Virus record (IMG/VR): IMGVR_UViG_3300020161_000625
Location: 1-36,606 of that record
DNA from: a virus
Taxonomy: Duplodnaviria > Caudoviricetes
DNA: 36,606 bases
Reading direction: 5' to 3' (one strand)
Below, one piece after another: positions 25,916-35,785 of this stretch. The notes beneath the pieces were generated by a model, which ran no database searches, had not been told where the DNA came from, and was given only the letters and a program-made list of their open reading frames with translations. Every line of letters starts with the position of its first letter. Within the stretch, counting starts at the first letter, position 1. A program made the translations under genes and the position numbers.

Positions 25916-26397
25916 CTGAAGACGTCCCCAACTATTTTGAACGTAAGTTCATCGTGGACATCGTCCCCATCAAGACGACTCACCAGTCCGACCTCAGGAT
26001 TCTGAAGACCAAGGACAACCGCATGTTCGTCGGCAAGACGACGAAGTCGGCCATCAAGGCGTGGATGAAGGAGTTTGAACTGAAGGCGTCGAAGTACGCC
26101 CCAGACAAGCCTCTCACGGGACCGCTGGAGTTGACGCTGTATTTCGGTTTTCCGAACACTTTGGCCGACAAGGGCAAGACCGTCCATATGGACACTCGGC
26201 CCGATTTCGACAACTTGGCCAAGGCCGTGTGCGATTCGCTGACTAACTGCGGATTCTGGTTTGACGACTGTCAGGTCGTTTTCGGCAAGATTATGAAGTT
26301 TCGCACCGAGAAGCCGTTTATGGGCGTTTGGGTGAAACGGGCTGAACACATCGATTCCACGCTAATGGGGGCGGTCATCGACCATCTGTCACAATGA
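25912..26397 (+). CDS. rusA: RusA-family Holliday junction resolvase
   Basis: GPLELTLYFGFP...RPDFDNLAKAVCDSLT..GFW.DDCQVV; ATG at 25912. Confidence 0.92.
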   Translation: MAEDVPNYFERKFIVDIVPIKTTHQSDLRILKTKDNRMFVGKTTKSAIKAWMKEFELKASKYAPDKPLTGPLELTLYFGFPNTLADKGKTVHMDTRPDFDNLAKAVCDSLTNCGFWFDDCQVVFGKIMKFRTEKPFMGVWVKRAEHIDSTLMGAVIDHLSQ

Positions 26398-26888
26398 GCG
26401 ATTTCGTCCAGTGGAAGGAATCTGACGTCATCGAGCGTTTCGGGGTCCCCAAGGACGAATTGGTCATTTTCAGGAATTCCCTCACTGAGGGCGAACACTG
26501 GGAACGGATGCCTCAGGGCAAGCGACCCCTGAAGACCTGTCCCATCGCTTTCACCGAAACTGGCTGGAAGGCCGTCGTGGAGAAGTTCGGCCTCATCGAG
26601 GTCCATAGCGACGGCATCGACACCAAGGTCATGGAGCCTGCCGCCGCAGACCCTGAGGTGATGGAGAAGGCCGACGTATTGAGGGCCGACTACCCCAATC
26701 ACCGAGTGATGTTGGTCAAGACAGAGAGCGGAAAGACGGTATTCTGCAACGTTTTCGACTCAAGGCCGTTCAAACCGAAGATGCCCGTCATAGTTAAGTA
26801 TCGTGGCGGACGCTGGTATTGCGAGCATCGCCCCACCTCAATCCTCCGATTGAACACTTTGCTTAAGAGAAATTCTCAACCACAATGA
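26394..26888 (+). CDS. Hypothetical protein (164 aa)
   Basis: ATGA coupling to rusA; codon style matches neighbouring genes. Confidence 0.75.
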   Translation: MSDFVQWKESDVIERFGVPKDELVIFRNSLTEGEHWERMPQGKRPLKTCPIAFTETGWKAVVEKFGLIEVHSDGIDTKVMEPAAADPEVMEKADVLRADYPNHRVMLVKTESGKTVFCNVFDSRPFKPKMPVIVKYRGGRWYCEHRPTSILRLNTLLKRNSQPQ

Positions 26889-26926
26889 AGAAGAACACCA
26901 AGAAGAAAGGTGGCAAGCGGTGCTAA
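26885..26926 (+). CDS. Possible 13-aa basic peptide MKKNTKKKGGKRC
   Basis: ATGA overlap with the previous stop; Lys-rich like the neighbouring genes. Confidence 0.4.
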   Translation: MKKNTKKKGGKRC

Positions 26927-26949
26927 CCGCCGCCGCCAAATAAAAAGCC

Positions 26950-27399
26950 ATGGGCATGATGAAGATGATTGGCAACGTCGGACGCAAGTTCCGCACTGCC
27001 TACATGAAGACATCCCGTCGGAAGACGACGATGCCGAAGCCGATGTCGGAAGATTGGAGGGTTCGTAACCGTGCTGGAGACCCCGAAGCAGGCAACGAGT
27101 TCAAGCAACACATGCGGGATGCTGAGTACTACGTTAAGAACAGGCCAGCCCCCGCAAAGCCCGCAATGAAAAAAACGGACGCTGTCATTCCGAGGGAATC
27201 TAAAAAGACCCGCATTACTTTCAAGGGTCAGGACATGCAGAAGCGTAACTTCATGAAGTCCCACAAGATGGTCGGTGGCTACAAGTACGGCTCATTCGTC
27301 TCGAAGGAGGCCTACCGCACTGGCGGAAAGAAAGCCGTGGCCGACTCTTATGGTCGCAAGGGCTTCACGAACTACAAGACCCGCGTTTACCAGCCGTAA
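26950..27399 (+). CDS. Highly basic K/R-rich protein (149 aa)
   Basis: Large excess of K/R over D/E; in the late operon. Confidence 0.7.
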   Translation: MGMMKMIGNVGRKFRTAYMKTSRRKTTMPKPMSEDWRVRNRAGDPEAGNEFKQHMRDAEYYVKNRPAPAKPAMKKTDAVIPRESKKTRITFKGQDMQKRNFMKSHKMVGGYKYGSFVSKEAYRTGGKKAVADSYGRKGFTNYKTRVYQP

Positions 27400-27408
27400 T
27401 TTCCCAAC

Positions 27409-28101
27409 ATGCGTAAAATAGCAATCACGGGCATCCGCAAGGCCGCCCAAGCAGTGGGCCACTACCTCGGACGCAAGTCCCTGCGTGGTGTCGCCCGAGC
27501 AAACCGAACCGCCGATAAGGCATATGACGCCATTGGCAGGGGTGTTTCTCGTGCCAGCGATGCGACTGCCAACCTCGTCCGCAAAGCCTCCAAGATGGGC
27601 GATGCTTTCGACCAAGCCGCTTTTGGTGCGACTGGCAAGGCCGTGCGTAACGCCTCCGCTTCCGTCATCAGGGCAACTCGTCATGCACGTCCCCGTGCTC
27701 GTGAGACCATGGGCCAGATTAACCGCCGCAAGGGCTTGGTCAACAAGGTGTACAAACCCTCCGAAGCGGGTAACACTCGCATGACTAGGATGGGCAACAA
27801 CATCAACTTCCGTGACGAAAGCGTCCGCCCGAAGCGTGGTGGCTACATGTCCAACAGCAGGCCTCCCCGTGGTGTCAACATGCACGAGATTAAGGCACCC
27901 GACAACATCGGCGACTACCAGAAGTACTACAAGGCCCCTGCCTTCGATTACAGCAAACTGTCCTATGACGAAATCAAGCCGATGGGCCGTAGCCCCCGCT
28001 ACACCAGCAAGCAAGTCCGTGCTGGCAAGCGAGTCGCCCTTGGTGCCGCTGGCGGATACGCCGCTTCCGAATACTACAAATCCAAGAAATCTAACCGATG
28101 A
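27409..28101 (+). CDS. Highly basic R/K/A-rich protein (230 aa) with a C-terminal Gly/Ala helix
   Basis: R/K/A-rich; ends RVALGAAGGYAASEYYKSKKSNR. Confidence 0.7.
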   Translation: MRKIAITGIRKAAQAVGHYLGRKSLRGVARANRTADKAYDAIGRGVSRASDATANLVRKASKMGDAFDQAAFGATGKAVRNASASVIRATRHARPRARETMGQINRRKGLVNKVYKPSEAGNTRMTRMGNNINFRDESVRPKRGGYMSNSRPPRGVNMHEIKAPDNIGDYQKYYKAPAFDYSKLSYDEIKPMGRSPRYTSKQVRAGKRVALGAAGGYAASEYYKSKKSNR

Positions 28102-28202
28102 TTACCCTCATTGCTTCTGCCATCTGCTTCCTCGGTGGCGTGTATGTCGGTGCTCGCTACGGCGACAGGCTCAAAGCCATCTGGTATAGCATCGTAGGCT
28201 AA
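28098..28202 (+). CDS. Small membrane peptide (34 aa), not in the ORF track
   Basis: MITLIASAICFLGGVYVGARYGDRLKAIWYSIVG; ATGA overlap upstream and stop directly before the next ATG. Confidence 0.65.
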   Translation: MITLIASAICFLGGVYVGARYGDRLKAIWYSIVG

Positions 28203-28949
28203 ATGGCCGACGACAAGGATACGTACGTGCAGGGTCGGGGTAATCCGAGCCTTGACCCTACACGTACGGACCTTCAGGCGAGGAGAGACGCACTCTTCAG
28301 TTCCTCCTTCACCCGTGACAAGAACGGGACTCTGGTCGAAAAGTCTCAACTGGACGCACAGAACGCCGCCATCGACGCACGGACGTCGAAGTTCGGCACC
28401 GCAGGCTCCGCAAAGGCTTCCCTAGACCTTAACTCCAACCTGTCGGATGGGGCTAGGGCCAGCATGTCGAAGTTCGGCACCGCCGCATCGGCTAAGGCCT
28501 CTCTAGACCTAGACTCCAACCTGTCTGACGCTGGTAAAGCCGCTAGGGTCTCCCTTAATGACTTCGGCTCAAGGGAGTCCATTGAGCGTTCATTTGGCAA
28601 GAGTGCCATCCCTAAGACTGAGCGGATGCCTACCCAGAGAGACCTCTCTGGGGGAGGTGCGAAGTCTGGGATACGTAGCACTAAAAAAATTTCGTCCTTC
28701 GGACGTGGGGACCCGACTTTCAAGAGTTATAACCCGCAAGCCTTACGCTCCGACTTCTTTAGGGCGGCAGTCAGTTCGGCAAAGCATTTCATTCCGCAGT
28801 ATGGGCTGTTCGGCACTGGGTTCCACGGCGGTGCCATCAGAATTCAGCCCATGAGGTGGCAGGGAGCATTCCCCGTCATGGAGATTCAACAGTGGGATTC
28901 GGCTGGTGCCACCACCTCATACACCGAAGAGGAGGAGGATGATGAATGA
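28203..28949 (+). CDS. Hypothetical protein (248 aa) with an internal 27-aa tandem repeat
   Basis: SKFGTAxSAKASLDLxSNLSD occurs twice; acidic C-terminus; coupled to terL. Confidence 0.7.
   Translation: MADDKDTYVQGRGNPSLDPTRTDLQARRDALFSSSFTRDKNGTLVEKSQLDAQNAAIDARTSKFGTAGSAKASLDLNSNLSDGARASMSKFGTAASAKASLDLDSNLSDAGKAARVSLNDFGSRESIERSFGKSAIPKTERMPTQRDLSGGGAKSGIRSTKKISSFGRGDPTFKSYNPQALRSDFFRAAVSSAKHFIPQYGLFGTGFHGGAIRIQPMRWQGAFPVMEIQQWDSAGATTSYTEEEEDDE
28385..28525 (+). repeat. In-frame tandem duplication with an 81-bp period
   Basis: GTCGAAGTTCGGCACCGC at 28385 and 28466; similarity continues to CTCCAACCTGTC. Confidence 0.85.
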
Positions 28950-30574
28950 GCACGGACCAAATAACCGTGGCTGGGATGCAGTTGACCAAGCATCCCATCA
29001 TTCACCTGCCTTCAGAGGACGAAATCGTCCAACTGGCTAGGACGCTTGGCTCCGAGGGAGCCGCTGAGGTCCTAAAACGGCGTGAAGAGAAGATTCAGGC
29101 CGAACACAACGACCCTTACAGGCACGGCTACGAGCCCGACAGTTGGGCGGAGGCCGACAAACTGCTCATGACGGGCAACGAACTGCTCATCATGGGCGGA
29201 AATCGTGCAGGCAAGACGGAATACGCCGCCAAGAGGGTCATGCAGTTGCTCTGCACTAGGCCGAATTCCAGAATTTGGTGCTTACACACGACTTCCCAGA
29301 CTTCCATCCAGATGCAACAGGCCGTCATCTGGAAATACATGCCTCCAGAGTACAAAACGGCCAAAAAGACCAAAGTCACCAACATCCAGTACTCCCAGAA
29401 GAACGGATTCACCGACGCAACGTTCGTTCTGCCGAATCGTTCCCAGTGCTTCTTCATGAACTATGGTCAGGAGAAGAAGGTCATCGAAGGTGGCGAGCCA
29501 GACCTCATTTGGTGCGACGAACTCGTGCCTCAGGACTGGATTGAGACCTTAAGGTACCGTCTTGTCACCCGCTCGGGTAAAATGATTCTCACCTTCACGC
29601 CCATCACTGGCTTCACGCCTGTCGTCAAGGACTACGTCGCTGGGTGCCGCATTAAAAAGACGCTTCATGCGGACCTTCTGCCCGATACACAGAATGTCCC
29701 AAGCATCCCGAAGGGGCACATGCCCTACGTTGCAGAATGCAGCAAGGGCTCGGCCAATGTAATCTGGTTTCATTCAATCCTGAATAGATACTCCCCCTTT
29801 GAACAAATCAAGTTAGCACTTAGGGGTCGTGGACCTTATGAAATCAAAATCCGTGCGTACGGCTGGGCTGAATCGCTTGCAGGCTCGCAATTCCCGAGAT
29901 TCGGGGAGCCCAACATCATCCCAGCGGACCAAATCCCAGAGGAGGGCACGAATTACATGGCTGTTGACCCTGCTGGAGCACGAAACTGGTTCATGGTGTG
30001 GCTTCGCATAGACGAGTTTGGCAATAAGTTCGTCTACAGGGAATGGCCCGACATCAGCATGGGCGAGTGGGCCCTGCCGTCTGAAAAGTCCGATGGTCGT
30101 GCTGGCCCAGCACAAAAGCAGGGTGCTGGAATGGGCCTGACTGAAATCAAGGAGCACATACTTAACCTAGAGAACGGCGAGGAAATCGCAGAGAGGTACA
30201 TCGACCCTAGGGCCGCTGGCTCTCCCGTCATCAACAAAGAGGGCGGTACTACCTTGCTTCAACTGCTGGATGAAGAACCGTTGCCCATGTACTTCACTCC
30301 GTCTGCTGGCCTAAGGCTCGAAGAGGGCGTGGCCGTCATCAACGACTGGTTCTCCTATGACCAGAATCAGCCTATCTCTGCCGTCAATCAGCCAAAACTT
30401 TTTGTCTCCGAAGACTGTAAGAACCTAATGTGGTGCCTAAGGGAATGGACAGGCATCGACGGCGAGAAAGGCTCCAGCAAGGACCCTATTGACGCCCTTA
30501 GGTACATAGCCGTCATGCAACCCGACTACGGCGGCACCGACTCTTACAGGGCTTTCGGAGGAGGCTCTTACTGA
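28946..30574 (+). CDS. terL: Terminase large subunit
   Basis: Walker A GGNRAGKT, Walker B IWCDE, motif III LTFTP, nuclease AVDP, YIDP, KDPIDALRY. Confidence 0.95.
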   Translation: MSTDQITVAGMQLTKHPIIHLPSEDEIVQLARTLGSEGAAEVLKRREEKIQAEHNDPYRHGYEPDSWAEADKLLMTGNELLIMGGNRAGKTEYAAKRVMQLLCTRPNSRIWCLHTTSQTSIQMQQAVIWKYMPPEYKTAKKTKVTNIQYSQKNGFTDATFVLPNRSQCFFMNYGQEKKVIEGGEPDLIWCDELVPQDWIETLRYRLVTRSGKMILTFTPITGFTPVVKDYVAGCRIKKTLHADLLPDTQNVPSIPKGHMPYVAECSKGSANVIWFHSILNRYSPFEQIKLALRGRGPYEIKIRAYGWAESLAGSQFPRFGEPNIIPADQIPEEGTNYMAVDPAGARNWFMVWLRIDEFGNKFVYREWPDISMGEWALPSEKSDGRAGPAQKQGAGMGLTEIKEHILNLENGEEIAERYIDPRAAGSPVINKEGGTTLLQLLDEEPLPMYFTPSAGLRLEEGVAVINDWFSYDQNQPISAVNQPKLFVSEDCKNLMWCLREWTGIDGEKGSSKDPIDALRYIAVMQPDYGGTDSYRAFGGGSY

Positions 30575-30575
30575 A

Positions 30576-30782
30576 ATGACCACCAAAATCCCACCGCTCA
30601 TGAGGCTGGCCGAAGCCGCAAGGCATTATGGCCTATCCAAGACCACGCTTATCCGCCTTCGCAGGCAGGGTGCATTGAGGGTCTTCACCACCCAAGGTAA
30701 ACAGCACATGTTCTACCGAGACGACATCGAATCTTTCCTTAAACTCAATTCCACCCCTCCCGTAAATGAAGCAAAAGCATAA
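30576..30782 (+). CDS. Excisionase/MerR-like HTH DNA-binding protein
   Basis: LMRLAEAARHYGLSKTTLIRLRRQG.L....G..HMFYRDDIESFL. Confidence 0.8.
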   Translation: MTTKIPPLMRLAEAARHYGLSKTTLIRLRRQGALRVFTTQGKQHMFYRDDIESFLKLNSTPPVNEAKA

Positions 30783-33015
30783 TCAGGTCGGCTCCGACCC
30801 TCTGGCCTACCACGAGCGTAAGCCAGACATCAACACGCTCCTTGAGGAGTACGAGCGTTCCGCCTACCACGGCACCATGGTGTCCAAGATGTCGTGGGCA
30901 GACGACGTCCGCTACGCTCGCTGGGCTGGCCAGACCGACGACGGCAAAAAGCACTCGTGGGCCCGTCCTGAAGGGGACCCTGCGTTCCCGTTCGAGGGTG
31001 CGTCCGACGTCCGTGTCCGCTTGGTCGACAGGCTCATTCGTGACCAGAAGGCCATGCTGATGACTTCCTACAACGCCTCTACCCTCAAGGTCGGCGGCAC
31101 CGAAGTCAACGACGCCATGGCCGCTTCCTCGGCCACCAATCTCATGCGTTGGCTCGTGGAGACCAAGTTGAAGGCTGAGGTCCAGCGTGAGGCTGAACTC
31201 GTGGCGGACTACATGCTCACCTACGGTTGGTCCTGTGCCCAAATTACGTGGGATAGGCAGATTGGCATCAGGCGTCAGACGATGACCATGGAAGAATTGT
31301 TCGCCGTCGCCGAGCAGGAAAAGGCCATGGGTGCTGGCGGAGTCACTGGAGAACTCATCGCCGCAATCCAGAATCCGCAGAAGGAGGAGTACGCCATCGA
31401 ACTCTGCAAGCAGGTGCTCCCTCAAATGAAGCAGAAGGACATCCGTAAATTCGTGGTCAAAATGCGTGACGAAGGTCAGGGAGAACTTGAAGAAGTTTAC
31501 ATCCAGAAGAACCTTCCCCGTGTCACGGCCCTAAAGCCCTTCGACGAGGTGTGTTTCCCTCCCGAGACGTCCGACCTTCAGCAGGCACGTGTCATCTTCC
31601 GCAGGCAATTCATGACCGAAGTCGAACTTCGTGGGATGCAGAAGAACGCTGGATGGGACCCTGAGTTCATTGAAGCGGCGGTAAAGACCTCTGGTAACCA
31701 CTTTTACTTCAACGACCCGAACCTTGTTCCCACCACGACGATGCTCAACTCGAACATCCAGCGTGGCGACAACCTAATCGAGGTGGTCTGGGCCTACTAC
31801 AGGCAGTTGGACGAGAACGACATCGCATCCATCTACTACACGGTTTTCTCTCCGCACGTAGGCAACGGTACTTACGCCATTCAGGACATGCTGAACTACG
31901 CACACGGAGAGTATCCGTTCGTATCCATCAGGTTCGAGATGACGAGACGTCAAGTTACCGAAAGCCGAGGCATCCCCGAGATTTCCAAGACCGAACAGGA
32001 CGAGGTCAAGGCACAGCACGATGCGTTCCGTGACAGGACCGCACTTGAAATCATGCCGCCTGTGAAAGTGGTCAAGAGAGTCGGTGCATTGAACAGGATT
32101 GCTCCGGGTCAAGTGCTTCCAGTTTCCACCAAGGATGACTACACTTGGATGGAGCCTCCGCAGGGCAAGGCAGAGTACGCAATCAGCATCATTCAGCAGA
32201 TTGAAACGAACCTCGGAAACTTCTACGGATTCATTGTCGGAGAAACTATCGACCCTAACAAGGTAAGGATGGCCCAGCAGTTGCAGGTTAATAACTGGCT
32301 CGGATTCTGGACTCAGGTTTACAAGCAACTGTTCTCCCTGTGCCTCCAGTTCATGCCAGAAGAGGAGGTGACCCGCATCACTGGTGCTCCGCTCAAGCAG
32401 AACATGTCTGACATCCATAGCCAGTACGACTTCAACGTGCGGTTTGACGTCCGTGACACCGACCCAGAGTTCGTCATGGAGAAACTTAAGGCCATCGTGG
32501 AGACTGTCGTGCCTCTGGACAGCGGAGGCGTCATCGACAGGAACAAACTGGTCAAACTCGTCATCGAGGCCATCTCGCCAGACGCCGCAAGGGAACTGGT
32601 CATCGACCAGACCACAGCCTCCCAGAAGTTGTACAAGGACGTCATCAACGACGTCGGTATGATGATGCTCGGCAACGAGGCTCTCTACGTCGAAAACGAC
32701 CCAGCCGCCGAATCCAAGATGCAGTACCTTCAGGAAATCCTCCAAAAGAACCCGAAGGCCGCTCAGGCGGCTCAGGGAGACCGTGTCTTCCAGATTCTGC
32801 TGGAGAACTACTCCAAGAATCTCCAGATGTCGGTGGAACAGCAGAAGAACAAGACCATCGGACGCATCGGAGTCTCGCCTGCATCGGAGCAGATTCAGCA
32901 AGAAATGGGTGAAGCCATGCAGGAACAGCAGGCCGCACCTCAACAGGCCGCCCCCCAGCCCCAGCAGGGCATGGGCGGAGTACCCTCTCCCCTTCAAATG
33001 GGAGGCATGCTGTAA
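30766..33015 (+). CDS. Portal protein
   Basis: 749 aa, after terL; PFEGASD, YPFV...SRGI.E...Q motifs; Gln-rich tail. Confidence 0.8.
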   Translation: MKQKHNQVGSDPLAYHERKPDINTLLEEYERSAYHGTMVSKMSWADDVRYARWAGQTDDGKKHSWARPEGDPAFPFEGASDVRVRLVDRLIRDQKAMLMTSYNASTLKVGGTEVNDAMAASSATNLMRWLVETKLKAEVQREAELVADYMLTYGWSCAQITWDRQIGIRRQTMTMEELFAVAEQEKAMGAGGVTGELIAAIQNPQKEEYAIELCKQVLPQMKQKDIRKFVVKMRDEGQGELEEVYIQKNLPRVTALKPFDEVCFPPETSDLQQARVIFRRQFMTEVELRGMQKNAGWDPEFIEAAVKTSGNHFYFNDPNLVPTTTMLNSNIQRGDNLIEVVWAYYRQLDENDIASIYYTVFSPHVGNGTYAIQDMLNYAHGEYPFVSIRFEMTRRQVTESRGIPEISKTEQDEVKAQHDAFRDRTALEIMPPVKVVKRVGALNRIAPGQVLPVSTKDDYTWMEPPQGKAEYAISIIQQIETNLGNFYGFIVGETIDPNKVRMAQQLQVNNWLGFWTQVYKQLFSLCLQFMPEEEVTRITGAPLKQNMSDIHSQYDFNVRFDVRDTDPEFVMEKLKAIVETVVPLDSGGVIDRNKLVKLVIEAISPDAARELVIDQTTASQKLYKDVINDVGMMMLGNEALYVENDPAAESKMQYLQEILQKNPKAAQAAQGDRVFQILLENYSKNLQMSVEQQKNKTIGRIGVSPASEQIQQEMGEAMQEQQAAPQQAAPQPQQGMGGVPSPLQMGGML

Positions 33016-33018
33016 TTT

Positions 33019-33288
33019 ATGGCTGAAATCGACACCAACACCCGAGCATTTGGGTACACCAATACTGACGCAGACGCCCTTTATAAGGCTGTCTTGGTCA
33101 TAACTGACGAGAATTTCCAAAATGACCTAATCAGGGTCATGGAGGCGAAGACCGTCGGAGAGGAGAGGGCGTTCTATAGCGGCAGGGTTGCCGCTTTTAA
33201 CGACTTGCTCCGACTTTTTCAGGCCAACAGGGACTTCATGATGAAGGTCAGGGAAGGAAAGCAGACCAATCCCAACCAAAACGGCTGA
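33019..33288 (+). CDS. Small head-module protein (89 aa)
   Basis: Lies between portal and scaffold; AFYSGRV helix. Confidence 0.7.
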   Translation: MAEIDTNTRAFGYTNTDADALYKAVLVITDENFQNDLIRVMEAKTVGEERAFYSGRVAAFNDLLRLFQANRDFMMKVREGKQTNPNQNG

Positions 33289-33364
33289 CGAGCACGCAAC
33301 TCCTTGCATCTGACCCTAAACGTACAACCTTTCGACTACTTCTGCGTGCAAAGCAACGCTGACT

Positions 33365-34345
33365 ATGGACCCAAACAACACGGATAACACCGAACCTCTC
33401 GGACTTGAGCCCGAGATTAATCCGCTCATGGCCCAACAGAGCGAGCGTACCGACCTCGCCGATGATGAAAAACTCTCCCAATTCTTTGGGCGAGCCCTCG
33501 CTGACGGTCAGCAGGAAGCAGAACCTCAGGCTGTTGAACCTGAGGAAGCGGTGGATGAGGACGTTTCAGATGCGTCCGAAGTCGCAACCGAGGAACCCGA
33601 AGCAGAATCGCAAGAGCAGGAAGACGAGGAGCGACAGGTCCAGCCTAAGGGCGTGGACAAGCGTATCTCCAAGTTGACCGCCCAGCGGAAAGAGGCTGAG
33701 GAACGTGCGAAGAAACTAGAGGAAGAACTCGAATCGCTCAAGCGTCGTCAGGCCACTCCCCAGAATGCCAACAATCCCTTCGGCAAACTGGATACGGAGG
33801 AAAAAATCGAGGCCGAGTACGAGCGTCAGAAGGAAATCCGCCTGTTTTGCGAACGTTACCCCGACGGATATTACGAGGATGGCAAGGAGCCCATCGACAA
33901 GGAGCAGATTGCGAAGGCCAAGGTCAACGCTATCCGTGCCACCGAGGACTACCTACCGAAGCAGTTAGACTACGTGGAGAAGAGCAAGAACTTCAAGGCT
34001 GTTGCTCGAAAGGAATTCCCGTGGCTGAATGACCCCTCCGATAAGCGAGCCATCATGGCCAAACGCTTCATCGAGGCTGTCCCTGAAGTCACCAAGTTCC
34101 CTGACTACGAAATCTATGCCGCTCACCTTGCCACTGGCATGGTGTCCTACCATCAGCAGAAGCAGGCCTCCCGAACGGGAAATCCTGTCCAGCAGAGGGT
34201 GCCCGTCCAGCCGACCATGTCTTCCCTCCCGCCGCCTCAGGCCAAAAAGCCCGATGTCGTGAAGGCCAAGCAGGCAGAAGTCCGTTACAGGCAGTCGTCC
34301 TCACTCGACGATTTGAGCGACGTGTTCCGAAACAAGTTCATCTGA
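33365..34345 (+). CDS. Capsid scaffolding protein
   Basis: Acidic N-terminus, GVDKRISKLTAQRKEAEE coiled coil; directly before the capsid gene. Confidence 0.8.
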   Translation: MDPNNTDNTEPLGLEPEINPLMAQQSERTDLADDEKLSQFFGRALADGQQEAEPQAVEPEEAVDEDVSDASEVATEEPEAESQEQEDEERQVQPKGVDKRISKLTAQRKEAEERAKKLEEELESLKRRQATPQNANNPFGKLDTEEKIEAEYERQKEIRLFCERYPDGYYEDGKEPIDKEQIAKAKVNAIRATEDYLPKQLDYVEKSKNFKAVARKEFPWLNDPSDKRAIMAKRFIEAVPEVTKFPDYEIYAAHLATGMVSYHQQKQASRTGNPVQQRVPVQPTMSSLPPPQAKKPDVVKAKQAEVRYRQSSSLDDLSDVFRNKFI

Positions 34346-34366
34346 GAAACCAAAATCATCATCACT

Positions 34367-35773
34367 ATGGCCTCTCTATTCGAGTCCCAGTTCCAGAATG
34401 ACCGTCCTCTCAAGGGTGCCCGTATCGGTATCCGTGAAGAACTGTCCGACCTCATCACCAACGTCGACGCCAAGGAGACCCCCATCTCCTCCATGGCCAA
34501 GCGTGGCTCCAAGCCTGGAAATACCACGTTCCGCTGGCAGGTCGACCGCAACCCCGAGCCGTCCGTCGAACTCGGCATCCTTGATGGCAAGGACGTCGAC
34601 CCGACCAGCCCGAGCACCAACTCCGACTTCAAGCAGTACACCATCGGTTACCGCACTGAAGTGGAAAACAACATCCACCTGTTCCGCCGTGCGGTGCATG
34701 TGTCCAACCTGACTCAGGACATCCTCAACCTCGCTGGTGTGAAGGATGAACTGTCCCGTCAGTTGGCGAAGGCCACCATCGACCTCAAGCGTTCGATGGA
34801 AATCACCTTCACCTCGGACATCATGCCTGCTATCGACGATGGCATCACCCCCTACCGCACCCGATGCCTCACGGCTTGGATTAAGAAGGACAAGGCCACC
34901 GCTGACAGGAATGCCGACAAGTACGGCGTCCAGAATCAGGAAATCCGTACCATCAACGAGAACTTCTGCACCCCTGAGTCCTCCATCGTTGGTACCAACA
35001 CGCTCGTCGAGACCCTCAACGAGAACACGGTTCAGGACCTTATGACCTCGGTCTATGAGCAGACTGGCCAGTTCAAGAACCACGAAGCCGTCGTCGGCAC
35101 CAAACTCAAGCGTCAGTTCACGGAACTGGTCTACACGACCCGTGCCCCTGCTGGTACGCCTGCCCAGTCTGGTATCCGCTCGACCCGTGATGCGTCCGCT
35201 GACACCATCAAGGCGTCCGTCGACTACTTCGAGGGCGACTTCGGTAAGTTGGCCCTTATCCCGACCCAGTTCCTCCACGCTGGCGTGAACCCCTACACCA
35301 TCGTCGAGTACACCGAAGGTGGCGTCCAGAAGTTCAAACTGTACGATGGTCGCACTTCCACGGAAGACAACCGAGTCAAGGCCCAGACTGGCGACGGCAA
35401 CACCGCTGGCGTCATCACTTTCGGCAACGGTGGCCTCGCCGCCGCCAAGAACACGATGACCAACGCCCAGCAGGGTGCCCTGACGGCTAACAACCTCGTC
35501 ATCGCCGCCGCTACCAACAGCGAAGCCGACAGGAATGCCGCCTTCGCTCTGGCCAAGACCCGTGCCAACCTGCACGCCGACAACGCCAAGTCCAAGGGCT
35601 TTATCATCCCGTGGGACATGCTCGAAGTCCGCTACGGTGGCAACATCGCTCAGGTCAGGGAACTGACCGAAAACGGTGGCGGTCCCCGCCGCATGATGGA
35701 GGCTATGGCCGCTCTGCTGGTCCACAGCCCCCTGACGTTCGGCATGCTGGACTATCGCTCCAACCTGTCGTAA
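34367..35773 (+). CDS. Major capsid protein (DUF5309/SU10-type, HK97 fold)
   Basis: REELSDLI.NVD..ETP..S, FRWQVD, N.I..FRR...VS, LKRSME, VDYFEGDFG motifs; strong codon bias. Confidence 0.85.
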   Translation: MASLFESQFQNDRPLKGARIGIREELSDLITNVDAKETPISSMAKRGSKPGNTTFRWQVDRNPEPSVELGILDGKDVDPTSPSTNSDFKQYTIGYRTEVENNIHLFRRAVHVSNLTQDILNLAGVKDELSRQLAKATIDLKRSMEITFTSDIMPAIDDGITPYRTRCLTAWIKKDKATADRNADKYGVQNQEIRTINENFCTPESSIVGTNTLVETLNENTVQDLMTSVYEQTGQFKNHEAVVGTKLKRQFTELVYTTRAPAGTPAQSGIRSTRDASADTIKASVDYFEGDFGKLALIPTQFLHAGVNPYTIVEYTEGGVQKFKLYDGRTSTEDNRVKAQTGDGNTAGVITFGNGGLAAAKNTMTNAQQGALTANNLVIAAATNSEADRNAAFALAKTRANLHADNAKSKGFIIPWDMLEVRYGGNIAQVRELTENGGGPRRMMEAMAALLVHSPLTFGMLDYRSNLS

Positions 35774-35785
35774 TCCTACGAGGTC

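Noticed and set aside
25873-26349. N-terminal extension of the - strand HTH ORF (369-aa call)
   Set aside because: It overlaps the well-supported rusA gene; ATG 25872 fits the divergent junction.
30576-30782. Excisionase implying a prophage or integration module
   Set aside because: No integrase, att site or host genes in the window; the HTH is embedded in the packaging operon.
33289-33364. Promoter before the scaffold gene (TTGCAT at 33304, loosely similar to the site near 19430)
   Set aside because: No convincing -10 element at normal spacing; the similarity is too weak to call.
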